Assembly: GCF_009914755.1 (NCBI RefSeq) | Contig: NC_060938.1 | Direction: 5' to 3' (one strand) | DNA from: the human T2T-CHM13v2.0 reference genome, Homo sapiens | Length of the DNA: 64,000 nt | Part shown: positions 13,201-25,890 of the stretch, piece by piece | Layout: each line of letters starts with the position of its first letter | How positions within the stretch are numbered: position 1 is the first letter of the stretch | Position numbers and translations under genes: made by a program | The notes under the pieces: generated by a model | Databases searched by the model: none | The model's input: the letters and a program-made list of their open reading frames with translations, nothing else | What the model was told of the DNA's origin: nothing

Positions 13201-13945
13201 CCATGTATATGCATGGTTTTGAAGGTTCCTTTTGGAGCTGATTTCCAATTTTATTCCACTGTTGTCTGAGAGAGTATTTGATATAATTTTGATTTTCTTA
13301 AATTTTCTGAGATTTGTTTTGTAGCCTATCATATAGTCTGTCTTGGAGAATGTTCCATGTGCTGATGAATAGAATGTATATTCCACGGTTGTTGGGTAGA
13401 GTGTTCTGTAAATCTCTGTTAAGCCCATTGGTTGTATAGTTTAGGTCCATTGTTTCTTTGTTGGCTGTGTATCTTGATGACCTGGCTAGTGCTGTCAGTG
13501 GAGTATTAAAGTCTCCCACTATTATTGTGTTGCTGTCTATCTCAGTTTTTTGGTCTAGCAGCAATTGTTTTATAAATTTGGGTGCTCTAGTGTTAGGTGC
13601 ATACATATTTAAGATTGTGATATTTTCCTGTTGGACTAGTCCTTTCATCATTATATAATGTCCGTCTTTTCTTTTTTAACTGCTTTTGCTTTAAAGTTTG
13701 TTTTGTATGATACAAAAATAGCTACTCCTGCTTGGCTGTTGGTGTCCATTTGCATAGAATATATTTTTCCACCCGTTTACCTTAAGTTTATGTGAGTCTT
13801 TATGTGTCAAGTGAGTCTCCTGAAGACCACAGATACTTGGTTGATGAGTTCTTATCCATTCTACCATTCTGTATCTTTTAGGTGGAGCATTTAGGCTATT
13901 TACATTCAATGCTAGTATTGAGATGTGAGGTATTATTCTATTCAT
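10077..13945 (-). pseudogene. Disrupted L1PB ORF2p remnant
   Basis: [59 protein letters not shown], ending SLISGS. Confidence 0.88.
10225..10267. repeat. (TG)n/(TA)n microsatellite in the L1PB 3' region
   Basis: About 14 TG units followed by catatacatatatat. Confidence 0.9.
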
Positions 13946-14029
13946 CAGTCTATTTGTTTTCTGAATACGTTTTTTTTAAAATTTTTCATTGTGTTATTGT
14001 TTTATAGGTCCTGTGAGATTTATGCTTTA

Positions 14030-15037
14030 AGGAGATTCTATTTTTGTGCATTTTGAGGATTTGTTTTAAGATTTAGAGCTTCTTTTAGCAGTTCTTGTAG
14101 TGCTGGCTTGGTAGTGGCGAATTCTCTCAGTATTTGTTTGTCTGAAAAAGACTATCTTTCCTTCACTTAGGAAGTTTAGTTTTGCTGGATACAAAATTCT
14201 TGGGTGATAATTGTTTTGTTTAAGGAGGCTAAAAGTAGGACCTCAATTCCTTCTAGCTTGTAGGGTTTCTGCTGAGAAATCTGCCTAATCTGTTAGGTTT
14301 TCCTTTATAGGTTACTTGATATTTTGGCCTCACAGCTCTTAAGATTATTTTCTTCATCTTGACTTTAGACAACATGGTGACTATATGCCTAGGCAATGAT
14401 CTTTCTGTGGTGAATTTTTCAGGTGTTCTTTGAGCTTTGTGTATTTGAATGTCTAGATCTCTAGCAATCCCAGGGAAGTTTTTCTCGATTATTCCGTCAA
14501 GTATGTTTTCCAAACTTTCAGATTTCCCTACCTGCTCAGGAACACCAGTTATTCTTAGGTTTGGTTGTTTACCATAATCCCAAACTTCTTGGAGGTTTTG
14601 CTCATTTTTTAAATTCTTTTTTCTTTGTTTTTGTCAAATTGGGCTAATTCGAGAGCCTTGTCTTTGAGCTCTGAAGTTCTCTCTTCTGTTTGTTTGATTC
14701 TATTGCTGAGACTTCCCAGTGCATTTGGCATTTCTCTAAGTGTGTCCTTGATTTACAGAAGGTGTGATTGGTTTTTTATTTATGCTATGTATTTCACTGA
14801 AGATTTTTCCATTCATATCCTGTATCTTTTTTTTTTAATTTCTTTAAATTGGACTTCACCTTTCTCTGGTGTCTCCTTGATTGGCTTAATAATCAACCTT
14901 CTGAATTCATTTTCTTACAATTCAGAGATTTTGTCTTGGTTTGGGTCCATTGCTGGTGAGCTAGTCCAATCTTTTAGGGGTGTTAAAGAATGCCGTTTCA
15001 TAATATTACCAGAATTGTTTTCCTGGTTCCTTCTCGT
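14030..15037 (-). pseudogene. Disrupted L1PB ORF1p remnant (boundaries approximate)
   Basis: Fragment 14253-14513 (KNFPGIARDLDIQIHKAQRTP..PRHIV..QVTYKGKP); start codon appears mutated to ACG near 15037. Confidence 0.75.
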
Positions 15038-17273
15038 TTGGTTAGATTATGTCAGAGGGAAGATCTGGGACTCAAGGGTTGCTGTACAGATTCTTTTCTC
15101 CCACTGAGGTGCTCCCTTGGTGGTGCCCTCCCCTTTCTCCTGGGGATGGGGCTTTTTGAGAGTCAAACTGCAGTGATCGTTATTTCTTTTTGGGTTCTAT
15201 CTACCCAGCAAAGCTACCAGGCGCCAGGCTGGTACTAGGGTTGATGCAAAGAGACCTGTGATGTGATCTATCTTCAGGTGTTGCAGCTGTGATTACCAGC
15301 ACCTTCTCCAGTGGAGGTAGCAGGGGAGTGAAGTGGACTCTGGGAAGGTCCTTGGTTGTATTTTTGTTCAGTGCACTGGTTTTGTGTTGGTTGACCTCCA
15401 GTCAGGAGGTGGTGCTTTCAAGAGCACATTCACTGTGGTTGTATAGGGAAGATCAGCTCTATGGGCAGGGTCATAGAGCTCCCAAGGGATTATGTTCTTT
15501 GTCTTTGGCTACCAGGGTTGGTAGGAAAGATCATCAAGTGGGGGCACGGTTAGGTATATCTGAGGTCAGACTCTCCTTGAGCAGGGCTTTCTGCGGCTGC
15601 TGTGGGGGATGCAGGTGTGGTTCCCAGGCCAATGGCATTATATTCCTGAGGGATTATGGTTGTCTCTGCTGTGTCACACCTTTCTCCAGGGAAGCAGGGG
15701 AAAGCTGGCAGCCACAGGCCTCACCTAGGTCCTGTGCAGCCTACAGCCCAAAAGGCTAGTCTCACTCCCACCTTGCCCGCTGACTGCATCAAGTTTATTT
15801 CCAGGCAGCCTGTGAGCAGGGCTGAGAACTTGCCCCAGGCTACAAGCCTCCCAGCTGAGAAAGCAAGTGGGTTCACAGTTCTCGACTGTCTCATGGAGCC
15901 TGCAGCAGTGATCTAGTTCCTTCAGATGCTCTGTGGATTGTCTACGCTTTCCTGGTATGTTCCTGCAATAGTTCTTGGAGCAACAGTTCACAATGTGGCT
16001 CTCTACACACTGCTCTGTCCATCCCAGTGGTTGCTGCAAGTTAGTCCTGCCTCCTATCCACCATTTTCCCAGCTAGTTTCCATAACAAACTTTTAGAACT
16101 GTAAGGGAACTTTAGAGACAGTGCTGTAGAAGTCAACCAGTGATCAGATTTGGAAGCAGAATCTTAGAGATTTTACATTTTAGATGAAATATATCATATA
16201 ATTATGTGCACATTTGGTGTCCACATACACAAATACACAGGGAGCATTTACTTTAAATAAGAGAGAGGGAGAGACAGAGATACAGAAAGGCATGCCTTTA
16301 TTTATGCTTAGGGGCAGGGTGAGAGAACACAGACACTAGAACTTTATTTCAAAAATGAAAGGGTACCTACTGGTATCATTCCCTCCTCTGTCCCTGATAC
16401 ATATATTTTGTATAAATTATTTAATTTATATATCATAACGACTTGTGAGAGAGAGGTTCATTAAAGAATGGTATTGTGGTACAGGACTACAACTTCAAGT
16501 CCTATACTATCTGCTCTGTATGCTTTAAGTAAGTAAAAACATCTAGAAATGTTATTATTTTTATTAGTTTTAATTGGCATGTAGTAATCATACATATTTA
16601 TAGGGTAGATTGTCATATTTTGATATAATATACAAATGACATTGTATGATATACAATGCATAATGATCAAATTAGGGTAAGCATATCCATAACACTTCCA
16701 ATATTTACCACTTTTTTTGTTGTTGAGAATAATCAAAATCTTCACTTTTAGCTATTTGAAAATATACAGTAAATTACTGTTAAATAGTGTCACCCTACAG
16801 TGCTATAGAACACTAGAACTTATTCCTCCTATCCTGTATTGTATCTGTTAACCGAGCTCTCTGTATCTCCCTACCCCCTATACATCCCGGCCTTTAGTAA
16901 CCACTATTCTATTCTCTACTTCTATGAGATCTACTTCTTTAGATTCCACATATGAGTGAGAATAAGGGGTATTTGTCTTTTCCATGCCTGGCATACTTCG
17001 TTTAGTACAATGTCCTCTAGGCTTATCCACACGGCCATGAATGACAGGATTTTTTTCAGGGCTGAATAGTATTTCACTGTGTATTTCTACCACATTGTCT
17101 TTATTCATTCATCTGTTGTTGGAAATTTTGATTGATTTCATATATTGGCTAAAATGAATAGTGCTTAAATAAACATGGGAATGCAGATATCTTTCACATA
17201 TTTACTTCCTTTCCTTTGGATATTTGCCCAGTAGTGGGATTACTGTATTACACAGTAGTTTTGTTTTTAATTT

Positions 17274-17576
17274 CATTTGTTTGTTTGGTGTTTTGAGACA
17301 GAGTCTCACTCTGTTGTCCAGGCTGGAGCGTGGTGACACATTCTCAGCTCACTGTAAACTTCGCCTCCAGGGTTCAAGAGATTCTCGTGCCTCAGCCTCC
17401 CGAGTAGCTGGGATTACAGGCACCTGTCACCATAGCAAGCTAATTTTTGTATTTTTAGTAGAGACATGTTTTTACCTTGTTGGCCAGGCTGGTCTCAAAC
17501 TCCTGACCTCAAGTGATCCCCTGCCCATGGCCTCCCAAAGTTCTGGGATTACAGGCGTAAGCCACTGTGCCCAGCC
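17274..17576 (-). mobile_element. Alu (AluSz/AluJb-like)
   Basis: Full dimer; attctcgtgcctcagcc and ctcaagtgatcc variants; TSD TGTTTTTAATTT at 17262-17273 and 17577-17588. Confidence 0.93.
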
Positions 17577-17735
17577 TGTTTTTAATTTTTTGAGCACCCT
17601 CCACATGGCTTTTCATAGTGACTATATTAATTTACATTTCCACCAACAATGTTTAAGAGTTTCTTTATCTCCTTATCCTCAACAGCATGGATTAATTTTT
17701 GCCCTTTTGATACTAGCCATTCCAACTGAAGTTGA

Positions 17736-18064
<329 letters not shown>

Positions 18065-20341
18065 GCATTTCTCTCATAATTAGGGATAATAAGCATGCTT
18101 TTTTGGTAATTGTTGACATTTGTGTCTTCTTTTGAGAAATCTCCATTTAGATCATTTGCCTATTATTTAATCAGGTTTTTTTGTGTTTTTGTTTTTGTTT
18201 TGTTTTGCTATTGAGTTGTTTCATTTCCTAATATATTCTGGATATTAATATCTTAGTGAATGAATAGTTAGCAAATATTTTTCAACATTTTGCAGGGTGT
18301 CTCTTCACTCTATTGATTGCTTTTCGTTATGCAGAAGCTTTTTAGTTTTATTTAATGTCATTTGTGCATTTTTGCTTTTGTAACCTGTGCTTTTGAGGAC
18401 TTATCTATAAAATCTTCACCCAGACCAATGTCTTGAAATATTTACCCTATTTTTTTCTAGTAGTTTCATATTTCACTTTCTACATTTAAGTTTTTAATCA
18501 ATTTTGAGTTAATTTTTGTACATAATGAAAGATAGGAGTGTAGTCTTATTCTTCTGCATGTGGTTATCTAGTTTTTCTGGGATCATTTATTGAAGATATT
18601 GCCTTTAGTAGCTTGGATCCCAGGGAGCAGGGGAACCCAGTGTGAGTTCCTTCTCTGGAAAAGTGCAGTTGCATGGATTCCAGGTCAGTCTCTATACTGG
18701 GTTCAGAACCCACAAGGACTGTGGCGCTCTCCTGTAGGTAGGACAGTGGGCATCCATCTTGGTAATGGTGACTGCTAGAGATCTCCCACCTACCTTTTCT
18801 CTGCAATGAGGAGTCTCTGTTCATTTGAAACTAGTTCTGGCCAGGTGTTTTTCTTACCTCTCTATGCTACGATTTCAAGGTTCCATGCTTCAGAGGGTTT
18901 TCATGTCTTCCTTGCTCAATTCTAGTGTTTTCTTGTAGAGTATCTACTCAAAGTGCCATTATTTATTTCTTGTTTTGGTCTTTTTTGTGGAGGAGGTGAA
19001 CATTGGGCACCTCTAGTTAGTCATCTTGATGATAAAGCAGGTTATCTGTAAAGTATAGATAAGGTATCTGCACAATTATAAGCCTGGCCCTATACCCCAC
19101 AAAATGGTACAGAAGGTAAGTCACAAAGAAGCATTTAATAATGGTTAATATTTACATGAAAAAAAAATCATGTGATGTATTATCAGTTTAGCACCTGAGA
19201 GGTCTAATATAAAGTCTCCACATTCATTCTTATTTGAGGTATTGCTTCTGATTTCATAATGTTTCATAATTGCTAATGCAGGATTATCTGATAAATACCT
19301 CAATAATTCATAAGTTATATGTTCTATCAGTGGCTGAGAGTGGTGATACTGCCCGACACCAGCATCTGTACTTGAGATTAGAGATTGTATTTAAACCAAC
19401 AAATTAACATCTTTTGCAACAGAAGTGTAACATTAATGATTTGTGAATTTGCAAACTGACTTTCCCTGCTGGGAGCAGTAACTAGTTTTACAGCTTATGC
19501 TGTAACAGGGCCACATACAAACATGTAAATATAAAATATGGCTTGGTCTTGATGACATAATATCTTTTTCTGACACAAGTTATTTTATTTTTTTATCCTC
19601 CCATAAACATTCTATTGTAGTAAATTAAGAAAAATGAATTAAACATTTTATAAACTTCTCCTTTGGATAGACTATGTCAAACCCAATATAATATGTTTGT
19701 TTTAAAGCACTTGACAAGCAAAGATTTCTAAGAATTCAAAATCACACCAATTGTTGGGCATTTTAATCAGGACTAAAAACATTTCAGACTACATGTTACA
19801 AGAATTGCTTTTCCCACAATTATTTTCAGGAGCACGTGAGGAAACTCTTGTGAGGCCCAACAGGTCTGAAGATTCCATAAAATAGTTACTATTTGGGAAC
19901 TTTCCAGGTAGATAGAACTTCGGTCAGCATCTTCTGAAATACTTTTTTCAGGGTTGGTGCATAAGGGGTGTGAGGATGCGCATATGTGAAAGAGGGAGAA
20001 AGATATGGAAGTACACATATTTCCAAGTTTGCAAGAAATTAATATAGCAAGTGTGCTGTGTTGTTTTGCTTTGTTCCTTGCATGTAAACATGCTGGCAAT
20101 TTATTAAACAACTATTGGTCTTTTTAATCTTTTTTTTTTTCAGTTTGAACTTCCTCCCAAAATTACAAGCATTATTTTTTAAAATGCTGTTAATCTCTGA
20201 CCTCATTACACCTCCTCTCTGAAAGATTCTGAATGAAATCATAAAGCAGAAATCATTGCCCTGATATTTTAAATGCCATCTTCCATATACTTTCCTGTTA
20301 AAAAAAGACACTATTTCATTGAGTATATACAGGAATGCCAT

Positions 20342-20438
20342 GTTAATCATTAATAAATGATCAATTCTGAGGCTTGTACCTCATTAGTAAACAAATGATG
20401 TTTTTTCATGCCTCTAATGAGAGACTGGACAAAGAGGA
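20342..20438. promoter_or_regulatory. Candidate enhancer motif cluster (HNF1, ONECUT-like, FOXA, weak HNF4)
   Basis: GTTAATCATTAAT (20342-20354; 12/13 to GTTAATNATTAAC), GATCAAT (20359-20365), GTAAACAA (20387-20394) and TGGACAAAGAGGA (20426-20438) in DNA with no recognisable repeat. Confidence 0.35.
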
Positions 20439-21074
20439 ATATTTCTGCTTCACCTGTGTTTCTGATTTGACTCCACTTGTACAGTTTTGTGCATTTGTAC
20501 AAACTCCATTGTACAGTTTCTTATGGCCTCATTGCCTTGTGATGAAATGTTAGCATCTAGCAGAGAACTTTATGAAAGGAATGGTATTTTGAAGAAGAAA
20601 TACATATGGGTTTTTCCCCTTATGAAGTAAATAATGACAGTATCTTTCCATCACTCTTATTCTGAAGTTATGCTTTGTGAATCCAACAATAAAAAATCTG
20701 TGACTTATTAAGGAAGAAAAATGCATAATTGGCAGTGTATCATATGGTAGTTTCTCAACCTTGGATCCAGTTTAAAATATTTGTCAAGATCCAAGTCTTT
20801 TCTATACTAGTAGTTACAAATTATATTTCTTTAAATTGACATTAAAAAATAAACATACTTATTTAAAAAATACATTTTTTTCTATCTGTATATATAGAAA
20901 ATCAGCAATGCCATAAACCTAGCAGGAAATGCAATGAAGACTATGCTACCAAATTTATCAAAACTTTAAAACCAAAAGATAAACCATGAAATGCAAGTAT
21001 TATTTATTAAGCTAAGTTTCACTGTAATAATTATTTTACATGCAAAGTCTAATTTAGTTGCTATAATAATCCAT

Positions 21075-21230
21075 CAAAATAAATATTAGCCTTATTTTAA
21101 CCAATGGGGTAACTGCAATCCAGAGAAGTAAAATAACTTATCAAAGGCCATTTAGCTTGTATGTGGAAGAGCCAGGATACAAACTTGGGTTCATTGGATA
21201 AGAAGTCACAGATTCTTATTTCATTATACT
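21075..21230 (-). mobile_element. MIR
   Basis: ttattttaaccaatggggtaactg..cagagaagtaaaataactt..aaggccatttagct..gtggaagagccaggatacaaact matches the reverse MIR core. Confidence 0.7.
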
Positions 21231-23574
21231 CCCAAAACACTGCTTGACTGCTTTCCTGTCAATGAAGGATATTGTCATTATTCACTGATCTGTCATTAAG
21301 ATAGCAGAATGTTCCAGATTACTTGCCACGTCCTCATGCCACTATCTTGTTCCTTGTTCTTGAGACCTTTCCCAGGATAGTCAACGATGGGAACTGGTTT
21401 TTTTTTATCTGAAATATGATTTGATTTTCTATTCTTTTCTGCTTGAGATTTTAAAAGTATATGTATTTCAGACATGGAATTACATTGTTACTTGATTGAT
21501 GTGAGAATGTTAATTGAAGGCTAGAAACAAAATTGTTCTATAAGTGAAAATGGATGGGACTGACTGAAGCCAGGGAGCTGCTTTGGGGGAAGAATTCTAG
21601 GTAAAAGGCAGAATCCTGTGAATAGCAGCAGATGGAGAATTTGGAAGCCTCAGGAGGGCTGCCTTATGGGAAGCGTTGCTCTAGAATGTTCCCAACGCTA
21701 GGAATTTAAGTTATGCCTGATAAAATCTGAGAGGGATTTCAGATTTCAACCTAAACCTTATTCTGGGAATCTCCTCCATCAGTGCAGAATCCTTGGAGAC
21801 TGCAAATGTCAATTAAATTTCTGAAGATCCTCCAAACTGATAATAAAATAAGGAGACCGAAAACCAAAATTTTAATATCTTTATATTATACTTTGATGTA
21901 TTTTATAGGTATTTCATAAACCAGTAAATGTATTCAAATGTTCAGCAGGAATCATAACAGAAAACAATCTAAAAGTAGTTCTCCTATACTATGGTGAAAT
22001 CATTATAAGTGTACATTTCCCTTAGAAACTTCATTACAAATGCATTTAGAGTGAGTTTCTGAGAAACTCATGCCACATTATAGCAAGTTATATTTCAGCC
22101 CTTCTGTGTAGGACTTATGAGGTCATGTGGGGTGAGGTGAAGATTCTTTTATATCCCTCACATCAGTATAGTTATGTACATAATTACCGGCCTAAGCAAA
22201 TATTCATAATAATTAATAAAAAATAAAATCAATTAGTTTCTTCATCAAAATAGAAACATAATGAGCTCCTGTATTCAGATCATGAGAAATACTTCAATGT
22301 CACAGATCAATGTCTTTAAAAGAGTGTTCCAATAACTCTCTATATTAAAATGACCTTGGATATTGTTGTAAATGTAACTCTGAGCTTCATCCCAGACTTA
22401 CTGAATCACATTCACTTGAGTTGGATTCTACTTTTGATGGTTAATAGTTAATTTTTACTTATCCTAAAACTTAAGAATCTTTCCAAAAAGATATAATAAG
22501 AATGAAATGTACTTACTATCTGTTTCTATCATTTCTTTTCCAAGATTACTTTAAAGTAATATGAATAATAACAGGCAAACTAGTTTTGGTGCTTTGATAT
22601 AGGTCTCTTTAATCCATCCCTCTCATGCCCCTGACCTGAATGGCAGCAGTGATTTCAATAGATAATAAGCATATAATATATCTGAAAAGGGATTGGTCAT
22701 GAGCTTTTAGTATCTGCCCATTTCTGCAAGAGTCACTTCTGAATCACTTCTCTGCCACTATACAATGTAAAAGTCTCTGACAGTAAGGCTTGTAGATAAT
22801 AGTCTTGGCTCATCAGGCCTCAAAGTAGGACCATAAATAAAACAAACTAAAATATCCAAGAACTGGCAACTTTTCAAAAATTTGCTTTTTTTTTTTTTTT
22901 AACTCTCTACTGAAATCTTAAAGAGAGAAGAGCAATTTACATAGGATACAAAGAGCTGTATCATTCTTGAAGTTACACCTCTGAACTATATCTGATTTTC
23001 ACATATTTGGGCTTTTTAAAGACAGTATAATGATAAGTCATCCTCATATGGTACACACATTTTAAAAATATGTATTTCATTGGATTTAAATCTTTTTGAC
23101 AGAAAGAAAGAAAAATCAAATGATTTTCATTATTCAGCAGTGGTATGATCTCTAAGACAGCATTTTTTCAGAAAACAGAATGCAGTTTCTTTGTAATTTT
23201 CTTTCAGACAAGCAGCTTATAGTACACATCAAGGTACAGAGCTACTAGGTAGCTCCTAAACACTAATGACGTTGAAATCTTAACCTTTATTTTATAGTAA
23301 TGAAGAAATTAGAAGTTAGAAAAGTCAGAGTTCAGCTGAGTTCTGCTAATGTTGAATTCTCCAGGCACCCATAGCTTTCTGAGCTTCTAAAAATCTCTCT
23401 TTAATTCATCAGGTAGTGACTTTTTGCTGACCTTCTTGAGATCTGGCGATTTGGCTTTTTCTGGCTTCTATGACACACAAATAGTTGAATTTGTATTACT
23501 GGTCTTTTGTCATCATCTTTCTTCTCCTCTACCCATTCAATCAGTGATATTCATTGCTTCAATAGGTAAGTGAG

Positions 23575-23750
23575 ATGAAGAAAAAAAGAAAAAATGGAAG
23601 GATCCTTGATCCCTAATGATGATAGAGTAACCACACCAATTTGGCAACACCTTACTGCAGACTTGTTTTATGAGAGAACTCACTTCTTATACAATGACAT
23701 TTATTTAGATATCTCTTTACATGTAGCAAAGTCTAATTTTAATTGATACA
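23575..23750 (+). mobile_element. MLT1 (MaLR) LTR 3' fragment
   Basis: tccctaatga..cagacttgttttatgagaga..ending taattgataca, typical of old MLT1 ends. Confidence 0.5.
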
Positions 23751-24971
23751 TTCACCAATGCTTTATGCAATTAATTACTCACTGCACCCCTTTTCTTATC
23801 CCAAGTCATATTTCATGAAAGGTCCTATTTAACTCAAGAAGTATGCCTTAAGTGTAATACTTAATTTATAAACCTATTTCAGTGATTTTGCCACTCCCAT
23901 GGCAATATAGCCTCATGTCAAAGGAAACTGGCTGGACAGGTATAATATCAGACATTAAAAAAAAAATACACACCCAGCCAAGCATATGGAGAGGAAAAAA
24001 CTTAAATTTTTATTATTTAACTACATCCAGTTGCTTTACATGAAAATTATAGCTCTACATGACTCATGCTCTCTGAGTCTTGTCCAGGCCTATAGATGCT
24101 TTCAGCAAAGTACATATGAGTCTTTTTGATTATGGTGTTTAATTTCTGGAACTCCTAACACCTTTCAGTAATGTGCACTTAATTTTGGCATTGAAAGTGG
24201 TTCTTTTTTTCTCATTTATCAGGTTTTCAAATGCCTGGTTAAGAGAAGCATCAAAAAGAGCATGAAGAACTAAGGTGGGAAATTCTACCACAAAATTTAA
24301 TTTACTTCCTTTCTAATATTCATCCCAATGATTTAATCCCTTAGCTCTAAGGAAATGCAACTTAGCAAACTAAAGCAAATTTATCACTTCTGAAAACTGC
24401 TAGAAAACCCCCAAGACAGAACAATTACTCCCAAAATTGAATTTAAATAAAAGTAATTAGTTTTATCTTGTGTTTTAATTCATTTACCTCTGCATAGAAA
24501 TCCTCCTGGAGTTTTGAAACTCATCAGTGATTATCCCTGGAGCTGATCCAGTAATGTGAGAATAAATACACCATTAACCAATTATACGTAATGACTCCAA
24601 GACATGCCAATAGTGGAGCAGTTCAGGTGATTTATAAGGCTCACTTCAAACAGCCTATTCACAATTCACTTATTTTATAAAAAAATACATTAAAAGTTAA
24701 GTAAGACTTTAGATCTGCTTACATTCATCTCTTAAGGATATGAATAAACAGAACTAGGCAATTTATTTAAATATTTTTCAGTTTGTCACATGAAAATTTC
24801 TGAATGTAGGACATGAAATATTTTTTAGAAGTCAGCAGAGTATAATTCAGAAATTGTTTGGCTTTATTTAAGTTGGTCTGCTGATCTAGTTATATGTGCT
24901 GAGATAACATACAAGCTACTGAATTAAAAGACAAATTCTGGATTTCATATCTCAACAATTTGAGAAGCTAC

Positions 24972-25353
<382 letters not shown>

Positions 25354-25589
25354 TAGAATTTAACCATGTACCGTATGGATAATAACAGATAATAACAGAT
25401 AATTTTTTAAAATAATCACCTACTTGTAAAATATAAGAGGGTAAAGATAATTTAAAATTAAACTTGAGAAGTTTCAGTTAAAAAATAACAATTGCTAGAG
25501 ACCCTTTAGAGTTTTCGCCACTTTATGGTATTTGACCTATTACATGTTCTTAACACCTCTTACAGCAGGATGTAAAGAGAAACTGTAGA

Positions 25590-25770
25590 TTAGACTGTAG
25601 AGTCAGAGTGAGTTCATTAAAATCCCAAGTCCACCAGACTCCACCACTGATCAGCTGTTGAATTTTGGGCAGGTTTTAAAAACTTTCCAAATTTCCAGGC
25701 CTTCATTTGAAATGCATAAGACAAAATGAGAGCTGATTCACTGGGCTTTTGAGAGGTTCTGGTAAAAAAT
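25590..25770 (+). mobile_element. MIR
   Basis: agactgtagagtcaga..aatccca..ccactgatcagctg..ttgggcagg..ttcatttgaaatg. Confidence 0.55.
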
Positions 25771-25853
25771 AATAATCAACTTATAATCATAACAGAAGGC
25801 CAAGCATACAGCTAACTATCAATTTTGTTCGTAACTATTATGTAATTAGGTAA

Positions 25854-25890
25854 TACTAACAATTTCTGTTTTATCTTCTGTACTCTACAG
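25854..25890 (+). other. Consensus 3' splice-site signal (branch point + polypyrimidine tract + CAG)
   Basis: TACTAAC-AATTTCTGTTTTATCTTCTGTACTCTACAG; branch A 31 nt upstream of the acceptor G, with no intervening AG. Confidence 0.4.

Larger units (their letters stand above)
9866..16075 (-). mobile_element. Full-length LINE-1, L1PB1-like
   Basis: Diagnostic L1PB 3' end (tttcaatagg..ggggaacaggtggtgtt..gttacat..ataagttctttagtg), colinear ORF2/ORF1 fragments, L1PBa-type 5' start (AAAATGGTGGATAGGAGGCAGGACTAACTTGCAGC). Degenerate TSD cttaacatactatt (9852-9865) / cataacaaactttt (16081-16094). Confidence 0.92.

Noticed and set aside
14625-16039. ORFs of 82-160 aa in the L1PB ORF1/5'UTR region
   Set aside because: Antisense or alternative frames of L1 sequence; no resemblance I can recognise to L1 ORF0 or host proteins.
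1-16075. Either long L1 as retrotransposition-competent
   Set aside because: Both have many stops and frameshifts and a mutated start codon; the first also lacks the EN catalytic segment.
19773-20350. 112-aa and 103-aa minus-strand ORFs
   Set aside because: No homology, composition reflects AT-rich DNA and a poly-T run; better read as non-coding.
21665-21750. Short 7-8 bp inverted repeats and HSE-like motifs
   Set aside because: Too short or imperfect to exceed background.
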